From NCBI GenBank assembly GCA_048938855.1, contig JBHLLT010000023.1, forward strand, positions 1 through 43,620: a stretch of DNA of 43,620 nucleotides, written 5' to 3'. The notes beneath the pieces were generated by a model, which saw only the letters and a program-made list of their open reading frames with translations, did not search any database and was not told where the DNA came from. Below are positions 9,370-19,088 of the stretch, in pieces. Each line of letters starts with the position of its first letter. Position 1 is the first letter of the stretch. The stretch is from Promethearchaeota archaeon (GTDB lineage Archaea; Asgardarchaeota; Lokiarchaeia; Sigyniarchaeales; SOKP01). A program made the translations under genes and the position numbers.

Positions 9370-10815
9370 CTACTTTATGAGTACACCAGCTTGATCGAAA
9401 TTTAAAAATGCACTAATTTTCTCTTTTAGTGGATATATACCTTCTTTGAATAATGTAATTAGAAAGATTGCAATAAAAACTATCGAGCCTAAACCAGGAG
9501 CAAATCCACTAACGAAATTTATGAAACTAGAGGTAGGATCCCAAGAAAATAATGTATAAACTAAAGATGCTCCTGCTATTAGAACGGAAATAAAAGAAAT
9601 TATTGCAGCTGTTCTCTTACTCAAATTTAAATGTATAGGCCCTAATTCAAGTCGGAAATATTTCGGTTGTACAATTATTGATAAGATTGTATGACTAATT
9701 ACATTATCTTCAAATTCAATGTATATATTTAAGAACCTCCTTTCACTCTCTTTTTTTTTCATTTTTTTTGTTGATTTTATAGGCATAATTGAAAAAATCA
9801 TGACAGGAGGGTTTACCGCATCCTTTTTAACTTCAACTTTTCCAGATATTGGATGTACTTCAAAACCTTCACCATCAATTTTAAGGTCTAAAACTGGAGG
9901 TTCTTCCTTAGTAGTAACTATCCTAACCGTAGTTTTATATACGGTTTTTCCTTCTTCATCAACAATCTTCAACTCTTTGTGTGAAAAATACACATAAAAT
10001 AAGTAACTCCTTTGTTGCATCATAACAGAATAATACTGAAGTCCCATATTAATTTCGTACACTTTTGGTTGAGGTTCTTGAGGAATGGCTATTGAAGGTT
10101 CAGATATTGGCTTTGGCGGAAGATTATTTGGCTCTGTTAATACATCTGAAGGGGGTGGAGGTGGTGCTGCAGGAGTAGTAGTTTTAACAGGAGGACCACT
10201 TGGTGCTCCAGGAGGTGGTGGTAGTTGTGAAGCTTTCTTTTTAGCTTTTGGAGCGAATGTGATACCACGTGTTCTACTTTCTCTATCATCTCTTTTTACT
10301 TCTTTTTCTTCAGCATAGACTTCTTCTTCATAAAATTTTTCTTCTTCATAAACTTCTTCTCTATATTTTGCATCATCAACAATAGAAGTTGCTTCTGCAA
10401 TATCTTCATCAAAGGGTTCTAATTTCCTTAGACTGGATAATTCTTCCTGCATTGCATCCTTAAGGGTAGGTTGTGCTTTAACCTGTTCTTTTCTTTCTTT
10501 TTCTTTAGGCTTTTCCTCTTTTTTTTCTGGTTTTTTCTTCTTCTCTTTTAACAGTTTTAACTGTTTCAATTTCTTAGTTTCAAGAACTTTAGTATTACTA
10601 ACAAAATCAATGATACTTATATTATTTCGCTCAATTTGAATCTCCTTTAAAGATGCGAAAATATCATCTAATATCTTACTTATCCTTGTAGATTTCTTAT
10701 AAGTTCCCACAAACATGAAATCCAAGATTTCTGCAGAGAAAACTTCAGTTTTTTTATTGTAGAATATTTTATTTGTTGGAATTTCTAGGGTAGACATACT
10801 TCTTAACGTTTCCAT
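9370..10815 (-). CDS. Hypothetical membrane-anchored protein with charged and polyproline low-complexity regions
   Basis: K/E-rich tract, PPPPGAPSGPP and PAAPPPPP, a beta-rich domain, two C-terminal TM helices. Confidence 0.75.
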   Translation of the reverse strand: METLRSMSTLEIPTNKIFYNKKTEVFSAEILDFMFVGTYKKSTRISKILDDIFASLKEIQIERNNISIIDFVSNTKVLETKKLKQLKLLKEKKKKPEKKEEKPKEKERKEQVKAQPTLKDAMQEELSSLRKLEPFDEDIAEATSIVDDAKYREEVYEEEKFYEEEVYAEEKEVKRDDRESRTRGITFAPKAKKKASQLPPPPGAPSGPPVKTTTPAAPPPPPSDVLTEPNNLPPKPISEPSIAIPQEPQPKVYEINMGLQYYSVMMQQRSYLFYVYFSHKELKIVDEEGKTVYKTTVRIVTTKEEPPVLDLKIDGEGFEVHPISGKVEVKKDAVNPPVMIFSIMPIKSTKKMKKKESERRFLNIYIEFEDNVISHTILSIIVQPKYFRLELGPIHLNLSKRTAAIISFISVLIAGASLVYTLFSWDPTSSFINFVSGFAPGLGSIVFIAIFLITLFKEGIYPLKEKISAFLNFDQAGVLIK

Positions 10816-11012
10816 ATTACATATAACCTTTTTTTAGTTATGTGAAGTTTAATTCAATTTTTAATAATAAAGGATTGACCTTTTATAAGTTTTTATAATG
10901 ATATAATACCTAATATAAATTTTTTTTGTTGATTGATCTTAATTTTATTTTTAAGTTTTATTAATACTCTAAACTAATTACATATAAGAAAAAAATAGAA
11001 TTAGGGATAAAT

Positions 11013-12575
11013 TTGGAAAAAAAATATATATTAACCCATGATCTAGGTACTTCAGGGAATAAGGCTGTGTTATTTGATTTAGGTTTGAATGTCATATCTC
11101 AAACTAAAATAGAATATCCTTTATATTATCCAAAATCGGGATGGGCAGAGCAAAATCCGAGCGATTATTGGGATGCTGTGAAGAAAGGGACGAATATCAT
11201 AATAAACGAAAGTAGTGTAGATAAAAATGAAGTTATCGCCTTGGCATTTGACTGTCAGATGAATTGCACTATTCCGATCGATAAAAACGGCATATATTTA
11301 ATGAATAGTATTAGTTGGTTAGATACACGAGCAGCTCCATTAACTCATAACTATTCAAAAGGAGTTATAAAAATATCAGGTTATGGACTGAAAAAGATAT
11401 TAATGTTTCTTAAAATCACTGGAGGAGCACCAGGATTTAATGGTAAAGATCCTATTTCTCATATTTTGTGGATGAAAGAAAAACAGCCAGAAATTTATGG
11501 AAAAACCTATAAATTTCTGAGTGTAAAAGACTATATTATTTTTAAATGTACCCAAAACGCAGTAACTTCAAGAGATTTAGGTAATACTTCCTGGATGATG
11601 GATAGTAATCCTGGGAAATTTGAATGGTCTGAAAAAATTCTACAGAAGTTTGGAATTGAAAAAGAAAAACTGCCAGAAATTAAGATTACTACTGAAATCG
11701 CAGGTGAACTAACAGATGACGCTTCAAAAGAATTGAACTTACAATCTGGAATCCCTATTTTCGTCAGTTCTGGTGATTTAACTTCAGGTGCTTTGGGTTC
11801 AGGAGCAATTGAAGATAATAAATTAATTGTTTGTTTAGGAACAGCAGATTGGGTTGGTGCTCACACATCTAAAAGAGTAAAAGACCTTGCTCATTATACT
11901 GGTTGCATAAGTTCTTCTCAAGGAAATTATTTATGTATTTCAAAACAAGAAACAGGAGCTAGCTGTTTAGATTGGCTTGTGAATCAAATGTTTATATCTG
12001 AAGTAGAAAGATATAAAGAAAATCCTAGCGAATTATTCACACAATTAAACTCTATTGTTAAAGATTCTAAGGTTGGTTCCAAAAATCTGATCTTCACGCC
12101 TTGGATTTTTGGTGAAAGATCTCCAATTAACGATCCAGATGTTCGAGGTGGTTTTTATAATCTAAGTCTTGAACATACTAGGAATGAAATTTTAAGATCT
12201 ATTTACGAGGGAGTAGCTTACAATATAAAATGGGCTTTAACATATGTAGAAAAGTTAGTAGGTAGATCTGATGAGTTAAGATGTGTTGGAGGAGGAGCTA
12301 AGTCAGATATTTGGTGTCAAATTCTTGCAGATATACTTGAACGAAAAATTCTTCAAACTGAATCACCTGATTTAGCTGCAGCTAGAGGTTCGGCAATCAT
12401 TTCTATGGTTGGATTAGGTTTATTAAAGAATTTTACAGACGCAACTCCATTAATTAAAGTACAGAAAACATTTACTCCTAATACTGCTAATAAAAAGGTT
12501 TACAATAAGCTATTTAATGAATATAGATATATATATAAAAGAAATAAAAATATGTTTAAGAAGCTAAATCTCTGA
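11013..12575 (+). CDS. FGGY-family carbohydrate kinase (xylulokinase-like)
   Basis: HDLGTSGNKA, GWAEQNP, WLDTRA, FGERSP, EGVAYN, VGGGAKS. Confidence 0.92.
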   Translation: MEKKYILTHDLGTSGNKAVLFDLGLNVISQTKIEYPLYYPKSGWAEQNPSDYWDAVKKGTNIIINESSVDKNEVIALAFDCQMNCTIPIDKNGIYLMNSISWLDTRAAPLTHNYSKGVIKISGYGLKKILMFLKITGGAPGFNGKDPISHILWMKEKQPEIYGKTYKFLSVKDYIIFKCTQNAVTSRDLGNTSWMMDSNPGKFEWSEKILQKFGIEKEKLPEIKITTEIAGELTDDASKELNLQSGIPIFVSSGDLTSGALGSGAIEDNKLIVCLGTADWVGAHTSKRVKDLAHYTGCISSSQGNYLCISKQETGASCLDWLVNQMFISEVERYKENPSELFTQLNSIVKDSKVGSKNLIFTPWIFGERSPINDPDVRGGFYNLSLEHTRNEILRSIYEGVAYNIKWALTYVEKLVGRSDELRCVGGGAKSDIWCQILADILERKILQTESPDLAAARGSAIISMVGLGLLKNFTDATPLIKVQKTFTPNTANKKVYNKLFNEYRYIYKRNKNMFKKLNL

Positions 12576-13563
12576 AATATGTTTTAAATCTACTAATTTC
12601 ATCTTTAATTTCCTTAATTTTTTTAACTACTTTATCTGGTCCTATTATTTTTGAATAGGCTTCATTGATAATGTCAAAGTCTTTATTTGCAAGTGGATTT
12701 GAATATAATTGATTTTCTAAATTTCCCTCCCAGGGTTTTAATTTGGGAATAGATTCGATGTATCTTGCGTTCCAATTCATTTTTTTTTTGAATTCTTCTG
12801 TAAGAGGCTTTAAATTTTCCTCATTCCATCTTTGAACAACCCAGGGAGCATATTCGTGTAATTTGTCAAAATCAAATTCTAGGTCATTTCTCCATTCATA
12901 CTGATGATCCCAATTTCCGACGGCTAGAAAATTCTCTATACCCGACCGTTCATAAGGAAAATATTTCCAAGAATTTCGATTTACATCTTCATCTTTAAAA
13001 GGTCGTCCTTCAGCATATTGAAAGAAAAATCCAATTCTCTCTTTAACTTGGAGATCTTCTCGGCTTATCTTTAAATAAATTTCGGTTTGGGTAATATCAA
13101 TTTTACTTTTTAATACTTGTTCGTAATATAGTTTTAAAATTACATTCATGGCTTCATTGGGATGGCACTTTCCAGAAAAGATAGGATAGTATGAAAAACA
13201 AAAAAACTCGGAGTTGTCCTGCGATTTCTTTTGGTGAATTTCTACCCAACATTCAAGAGGTTTAATATAAACATTGGATTTAACTACATTGATGATTAAA
13301 AAGACATCAGAAATAATTAATACTATTATTATAACAATAAATAGAATAATATTAAAAAATATTGAAGCCAAGAAATAGGATAGCGCAATGTAGATTAATA
13401 AAAACCCAGCAATAAAAAAGAATGCTACTAAAGACGTAAAAGCTTCATGTTCTTTATCTTTCTTTGAATATAGAATAACCGGAGCGTTCTTAATTACAAT
13501 ATCCTTTTTATATTTGTTGATAAAGTCTTGAAAGTCGACTTTAATCCATTCTGAATCAGACAT
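12556..13563 (-). CDS. Hypothetical membrane protein (2 TM)
   Basis: 335-aa ORF with two hydrophobic helices at about aa 42-94; family not recognised. Confidence 0.7.
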   Translation of the reverse strand: MSDSEWIKVDFQDFINKYKKDIVIKNAPVILYSKKDKEHEAFTSLVAFFFIAGFLLIYIALSYFLASIFFNIILFIVIIIVLIISDVFLIINVVKSNVYIKPLECWVEIHQKKSQDNSEFFCFSYYPIFSGKCHPNEAMNVILKLYYEQVLKSKIDITQTEIYLKISREDLQVKERIGFFFQYAEGRPFKDEDVNRNSWKYFPYERSGIENFLAVGNWDHQYEWRNDLEFDFDKLHEYAPWVVQRWNEENLKPLTEEFKKKMNWNARYIESIPKLKPWEGNLENQLYSNPLANKDFDIINEAYSKIIGPDKVVKKIKEIKDEISRFKTYFRDLAS

Positions 13564-13730
13564 ACTTTAGAGAAAAATAAAATTGTTTAGTATAATTTGA
13601 TTTTATTTCATAAAAAAATTGCTATATTAAAACTAAAATAGTGGACATCTTTAAATTTTAAGAAATAATTAATTCTTTTCTCTTTGTAATTTTTAATTGA
13701 AATATTTCACTACAGATATTGAAGCTAATT

Positions 13731-16037
13731 ATGGTAGATTTCGAAGAATTTTTATACTTCATAAAGTCCCAAGATTATTATAAAAACCAAATACACCATA
13801 TCGAACATATCCCTGCAGAAATTGCTAAATTTGGAGATTTAGAAAAACCTTTAAAGAAAAGGCTTCAACAATGGTTAGATAATTATAATATTAAACCATG
13901 GAAGCATCAAGCAGAAGCTATTAACTTAATTCGAGAGGATAAAAATACGGTTATAGTAACTTCTACTGCTTCTGGGAAATCACTTTGCTATAATATACCT
14001 GTTCTACAATCAATATTAGAAGAACCTAAAACTACAGCACTTTATATTTTCCCCACAAAAGCTCTAGCAAGAGATCAATTTACTGTTTTATCTAAAATGC
14101 TTGAAGATACTAATATTAAACAGAATAGAATCGGTATTTATGATGGAGATATTGAACCAAACGAAAAAAGGCAGGTTTTACTTAATGCAAATATAGTAAT
14201 TACAAATCCATATGGGCTCCATTATTATTTACCCTGGTTTAAACAAAAATGGATTCGGATATGTAAAAATTTAAAATATATCATCTTGGATGAGATACAT
14301 ATTTATCGAGGAATCTTTGGTTCTAATTTTGCCCTGTTACTCAGGCGTTTAAAGAGAATTCTTGAAACTTATGATATAAAACCAATTTGGATATTATCAA
14401 GTGCTACTATGAATAATCCTAAAGAATTTGCTGAAAAATTAGTTGGAGAGGAATTTTCTGTAGTTGATAAAGATTTTTCACCTTCCGGTGCTAAAAACGT
14501 AATTCTTTGGGATTTGCCATACGATGAAATTTCGAAAAAATATAGATCTGCCCATCAAGAAACAAAGAATTTATTTGTTAGTCATTTACGGAAAGGCATA
14601 CAAACCTTAACGTTCACATTATCACGAAAAATGGCAGAATTACAAACAATTTGGATTAGAAAAACTTTACCTCCTCTTAAAGAGAAAATTTTTAGTTATC
14701 GTGCAGGAATCAGTAAAAATAAAAGAAGAGAAATTGAAAAAAACTTTAAAAATAAAAATATTTTAGGTATTAGTTCTACTAATGCCCTTGAACTTGGAAT
14801 TGATATTGGATCCTTAGATGCTACAATTAGCTCTGGATTTCCTGGAACTATCTCAAGTTTTAAACAACAAATTGGTCGTTCTGGCAGAGGAGTTGATCTC
14901 TCAATTTCAACTTTGATACCAATGCAAAATCCTTTAGATCTGTTTTATATTCATAATCCCTCAAAATTATTTGGTCCATCTCAAGAAAAAGTTCTTATCA
15001 CCTTGAAAAACAAATATATTCAGAAGAATCATATTTGTTGTGCTAGTAAAGAAAAGCCTATAACTGTTAAGGAGTACAATAAATTTGGTATTGAAGATAA
15101 AAAAACATTTAAAGAGTATTTGGATGACTTAATTTCCGAAACCTTACTAATGAAACGAGGAGATAAATATTATTGGAATAGTGATTTTTTTCCTAACGAA
15201 AAATATGGTTTAAATGATCTTACCAATCGAAGTTATAAAGTATTACTTAGGACTAATTTTAATAATGAATTTTTAACTAGTGAGGATGAGAGTTTCGTTT
15301 TCCGTGATTTACATGAGGGTGCCATTTATTTATATGAAGCAGAAACCTATATTGTAGAAGAACTCGATATAAATGAGAGAATAGTATATTTAAAAAAAGC
15401 AGATGTTGATTTTTATACCCAATCTCTGAAACATACAAATATAATTCCTCTTGAAGTAATTTCAGCAAATAAAATAGGATTGACTAATAATATTGAAACT
15501 TTTTTTGGAAAAGTGAAAGTAGAACATGAATATTATTCTTATAAGGTTATAGATACAATTACTCAGGAAATACGATCTAGACATCCATTGGAGGAGATTC
15601 CTCTAATTGAATTCGAAAGTCAAGCGTTATGGTTTTATGTTCCTTTTGAACATCAAAAAACATTGGAATTAGAAGGTTTTGACCTCGGAGGGACAATTCA
15701 TGCCATTGAACATGCCATGATTGCTGTGGCACCAGTTCTAGCTCAAATTTCTCGATGGGATCTAGGAGGTGTTTCAATTGATTTTGACCCAATTAGACAA
15801 CAACCTATAATTTATATTTATGACGCCTATAGAGGAGGTATTGGGATAGCAGAAACATTATATTATAATTTAAATGAGTTAATAAAGCTTGCATATGATT
15901 TAATTGATTCATGTAGTTGTAAAACATCTGATGGTTGTCCGGTTTGCATAATGAGCCCGAAGTGTGGCAATAATAATGACCCTTTAGATAAAAATGGAGC
16001 ACTATTTCTTTTGAAAAAATTATTGAACTTAGAATAA
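13731..16037 (+). CDS. Hrq1/MrfA(YprA)-type DEAH helicase with C-terminal DUF1998 Zn-binding domain
   Basis: TSTASGKS, PTKALARDQ, DEIH, SAT, TNALELGIDIG, QQIGRSGR; HAIEHA, YDAYRGGIG, CSC..GCPVC..KC. Confidence 0.92.
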   Translation: MVDFEEFLYFIKSQDYYKNQIHHIEHIPAEIAKFGDLEKPLKKRLQQWLDNYNIKPWKHQAEAINLIREDKNTVIVTSTASGKSLCYNIPVLQSILEEPKTTALYIFPTKALARDQFTVLSKMLEDTNIKQNRIGIYDGDIEPNEKRQVLLNANIVITNPYGLHYYLPWFKQKWIRICKNLKYIILDEIHIYRGIFGSNFALLLRRLKRILETYDIKPIWILSSATMNNPKEFAEKLVGEEFSVVDKDFSPSGAKNVILWDLPYDEISKKYRSAHQETKNLFVSHLRKGIQTLTFTLSRKMAELQTIWIRKTLPPLKEKIFSYRAGISKNKRREIEKNFKNKNILGISSTNALELGIDIGSLDATISSGFPGTISSFKQQIGRSGRGVDLSISTLIPMQNPLDLFYIHNPSKLFGPSQEKVLITLKNKYIQKNHICCASKEKPITVKEYNKFGIEDKKTFKEYLDDLISETLLMKRGDKYYWNSDFFPNEKYGLNDLTNRSYKVLLRTNFNNEFLTSEDESFVFRDLHEGAIYLYEAETYIVEELDINERIVYLKKADVDFYTQSLKHTNIIPLEVISANKIGLTNNIETFFGKVKVEHEYYSYKVIDTITQEIRSRHPLEEIPLIEFESQALWFYVPFEHQKTLELEGFDLGGTIHAIEHAMIAVAPVLAQISRWDLGGVSIDFDPIRQQPIIYIYDAYRGGIGIAETLYYNLNELIKLAYDLIDSCSCKTSDGCPVCIMSPKCGNNNDPLDKNGALFLLKKLLNLE

Positions 16038-16173
16038 GATTCTCAATGCAAATTTAATTATGAATTCTTTTATGCTACCATTTAAAGCTGAATTGTCACT
16101 ATTTATTATGACAGAATAAACTCATAATCAATCGATGTGAATATATAGTAAGATGGATTAATAATATTTTGAG

Positions 16174-17226
16174 ATGATAAAGAGCTTAACTTTTGGAATA
16201 ATTTTTAGTGAATTTGATGATATACTTGGCCCGACACCAAAAATGTCTTTTCCTGAAATAGATGAAGATTTCGGAACTAAGATTGCAATGAAATCAATTG
16301 ATATTCTTTCACTAGATGAGATAACAAACTCAAAATCTCTGGCTTTTTTAACTTTTCCAAAAGAAAAAAAAAAAGGAATTGCTCGAATTATTGAATGGAA
16401 AGATGAAACCTCACGAGGTCGTGTGGTTACTGGTGCAATTACCTTAATATTCGAAGAAGTTGATGATTTAATCTATTATAAGTATGTTGAAGATTTAGAA
16501 GAAATATTTGATGAAGCGTCTGAAAAAATTATTGAATTAAAATTATCAAAATCTAATAATAATGTTCTCTCTAAAGAAATAAAAGAGATTCATGTAAAAT
16601 TTCTGAATAAGTTAGAACAGTTAAGAGATTTAGAACTGGGCATTAAGGACGATTCTGAAGAGTTTCCTAGACAAAAAAAGGTCGATAACTTAGATAAATT
16701 TTCATTCAAGATTATTGTTTGTGGCGATCCAGCCTGTGGAAAAACATCAGCTATATTAAGATTTACAGATCACGCATTTATAAGGACATATATCTCTACT
16801 CTGGGGGTAAATATAACAGCTAAAGATATGCAAGTTGATGATATAAAAGTTACCCTCATTATGTGGGATATCGCGGGTCAGATGAAATTTAATTTCTTGC
16901 GAAATCAGTTTTATGCTGGAGCTCAAGCAGTTTTGTTATTATTTGATGTAACACGAACATCTACTTTTAAAAATATTATTAATTGGTATAAAGATATAAT
17001 AAATTCCCTAGAGTCAGATAGCAGTCTTAAAGTGGTTCTATGTGGAAATAAGATTGATTTAGCAGAAGAAAGAAGAGTGCTTACTGAGGAGGCAAAAAGT
17101 CTCGCAAATGAACTTAACATAGATTATGTTGAGACATCTGCATTAACAGGAGAGAATATTGATCAGACCTTTCAAAAAATAGCCAGAGAACTTGTTGATA
17201 AAATAGTGATTCCACTCAATTTATAA
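16174..17226 (+). CDS. Rab-like small GTPase fused to an N-terminal uDENN/longin-like domain
   Basis: C-terminal half: GDPACGKTS, TLGV, WDIAGQ, NKID, ETSA. The N-terminus IIFSEFDDILGP resembles uDENN/Npr2-type longin starts. Confidence 0.85.
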   Translation: MIKSLTFGIIFSEFDDILGPTPKMSFPEIDEDFGTKIAMKSIDILSLDEITNSKSLAFLTFPKEKKKGIARIIEWKDETSRGRVVTGAITLIFEEVDDLIYYKYVEDLEEIFDEASEKIIELKLSKSNNNVLSKEIKEIHVKFLNKLEQLRDLELGIKDDSEEFPRQKKVDNLDKFSFKIIVCGDPACGKTSAILRFTDHAFIRTYISTLGVNITAKDMQVDDIKVTLIMWDIAGQMKFNFLRNQFYAGAQAVLLLFDVTRTSTFKNIINWYKDIINSLESDSSLKVVLCGNKIDLAEERRVLTEEAKSLANELNIDYVETSALTGENIDQTFQKIARELVDKIVIPLNL

Positions 17227-17261
17227 TTGCATCTTTTCTTATTCTAATTATATTAGGTTAG

Positions 17262-18362
17262 TTATTCATTAATTATTAACGGAGGGAGATACACTTCTCT
17301 TAACTCTGTACGTACTAAAGACCTTGCAGTTTCAGGGCAATGGTGAACACAAACTCCACAACCTATACATTTATTTTCATCATCAGTTGATTTTCCATTA
17401 ATTAAAGAAATTGCCTCTATTGGACACTTTTCAACACATATTCCGCATCCTATACATTTATTTACATCTATTTTTGCAATATAGGATGTTAATGTATGAA
17501 ATGAGATAATTCCTCGATAATAGGTTTGGAAAAGGATGCAACAACATTTGCAACAATTACAGATACTATTTTCTTTCTCATCGATACTAAAATTATCATG
17601 AAATGTTTTGTGAACCAGTCCTTCTTCTTCAGCTTCCTTTAATATCTTTTTTGCCTCATCTTTAGAAACAGTTTTACCTAATCCATGTTCTATAAAATAA
17701 CGACCCATATTTCCAAAGTGAAAACACCTAAATCTATCGCTTGATGTTTTACAAGAATCCCCTAATAGACTTCTTTGGAGTTTACATGGACATTCGGATA
17801 GTGAAATAATTTCCTGTTCATCTATAATCTTAGAAGCTTCATGTAATGGTAGAACTTTTTCCATAGGAACATTTAATTCCTTTTCTATTGGAATAATTCT
17901 GGAATATATCGGAATTCTTTCTTTAAATATTGGTAATAGCCCATCATAATTAGCTTGAACCATCTCAGTTGTTTCTTTAAACATTTTCTCAAAAATTTGG
18001 GCTAATTTTTGTTTCTGTTCAATAGATCTGTCACCAATAAGTGAATATTCAAAGATATCCGCAAATGGCGGTAATAGACGGTATTCCATCATATTACTAT
18101 TATTTATGGGGGCATCCATGATAATTCCATTATCCATTAGCGAATTCAGGATATGCATTAATTGGTCATTGTTCATTCCAGTTTTTTCTTTCAATTCTTG
18201 ATATGTTAAGATAGATTTCCTAAAATTAAGTAAAAATTTAATTTGATTTTCGTTTAAAAGGGTTTTTAAGATATTAACGAGAGTTTCATTAGCTTGAAAA
18301 AGAGGATTACCACTTGCTCTTACAATCAATTTAGCAACTTTGTACCAAACCTTTTCTGACAT
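17262..18362 (-). CDS. 4Fe-4S dicluster-binding protein with N-terminal wHTH-like region
   Basis: CPC, ICNCCKCCC, CIGCGICVEKCP and CIGCGVCVHHCP ferredoxin motifs. Confidence 0.88.
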   Translation of the reverse strand: MSEKVWYKVAKLIVRASGNPLFQANETLVNILKTLLNENQIKFLLNFRKSILTYQELKEKTGMNNDQLMHILNSLMDNGIIMDAPINNSNMMEYRLLPPFADIFEYSLIGDRSIEQKQKLAQIFEKMFKETTEMVQANYDGLLPIFKERIPIYSRIIPIEKELNVPMEKVLPLHEASKIIDEQEIISLSECPCKLQRSLLGDSCKTSSDRFRCFHFGNMGRYFIEHGLGKTVSKDEAKKILKEAEEEGLVHKTFHDNFSIDEKENSICNCCKCCCILFQTYYRGIISFHTLTSYIAKIDVNKCIGCGICVEKCPIEAISLINGKSTDDENKCIGCGVCVHHCPETARSLVRTELREVYLPPLIINE

Positions 18363-18554
18363 CTTTTATATAAACATTTGAAATTGATAAGTTACATTCT
18401 ATCTTTTTATTAATATAATTTGGGGATAAGGGCAAATAACACTTAATTATACGAAATTAATGTAAAATATTTAAAGACTAAATTTATATTTATACTTAAC
18501 ACCAGATAAGAACCTATAGAATTTGTATTAAAATCAAAATTTTAGGTATTTGGG

Positions 18555-19088
18555 TTGGCATTTACTTCCACATATAAGATAGTACTTTTTGGAGATTCGC
18601 AAACGGGGAAGACTACCCTAGCTCATAGATTTCTAACTAATTTATTTAAGGAAACTGTAACAATAACACTTGGCGTAGATTTTCATTTGAAACCTCTTGA
18701 AATTGATGGTGAAATGGTAAAACTTCAAATATGGGATTTTGCTGGGGAAGAACGATTTAGATTTTTGTTTCCTTCATATATCAGAGGCGCAAATGGAGCA
18801 GTCTTCATGTATGATATTACCAATTATGGTTCATTGGCCCATGTAGATGATTGGTTTGAAATCGTTAAGAATGAAATACAATCTCGAATACCCATAGTTT
18901 TTGTTGGTGGCAAAACTGATCTAATACATTTAAAAGAAGTGCCTACTAAAAAAGCGATGGAATTAGCTATTTCAAAAGGTGCGGATGGATTCATTGAATG
19001 TAGTTCTAAAACAGGAGAAAATGTAAGTAAGATTTTTAATCTTCTTGCTAAAATTATCCTTAAAAGTAGAAACAATGGTGTGGATTAA
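18555..19088 (+). CDS. Rab-like small GTPase
   Basis: GDSQTGKT, TLGVDF, KLQIWDFAGEERF, YIRGA, GKTD (variant G4), ECSSK. Confidence 0.92.
   Translation: MAFTSTYKIVLFGDSQTGKTTLAHRFLTNLFKETVTITLGVDFHLKPLEIDGEMVKLQIWDFAGEERFRFLFPSYIRGANGAVFMYDITNYGSLAHVDDWFEIVKNEIQSRIPIVFVGGKTDLIHLKEVPTKKAMELAISKGADGFIECSSKTGENVSKIFNLLAKIILKSRNNGVD

Noticed and set aside
13731-16037. DISARM/Druantia-type defence system suggested by a DUF1998 helicase
   Set aside because: A single fused Hrq1/MrfA-type repair helicase; no adjacent DNA methylase, PLD nuclease or SNF2 partner.
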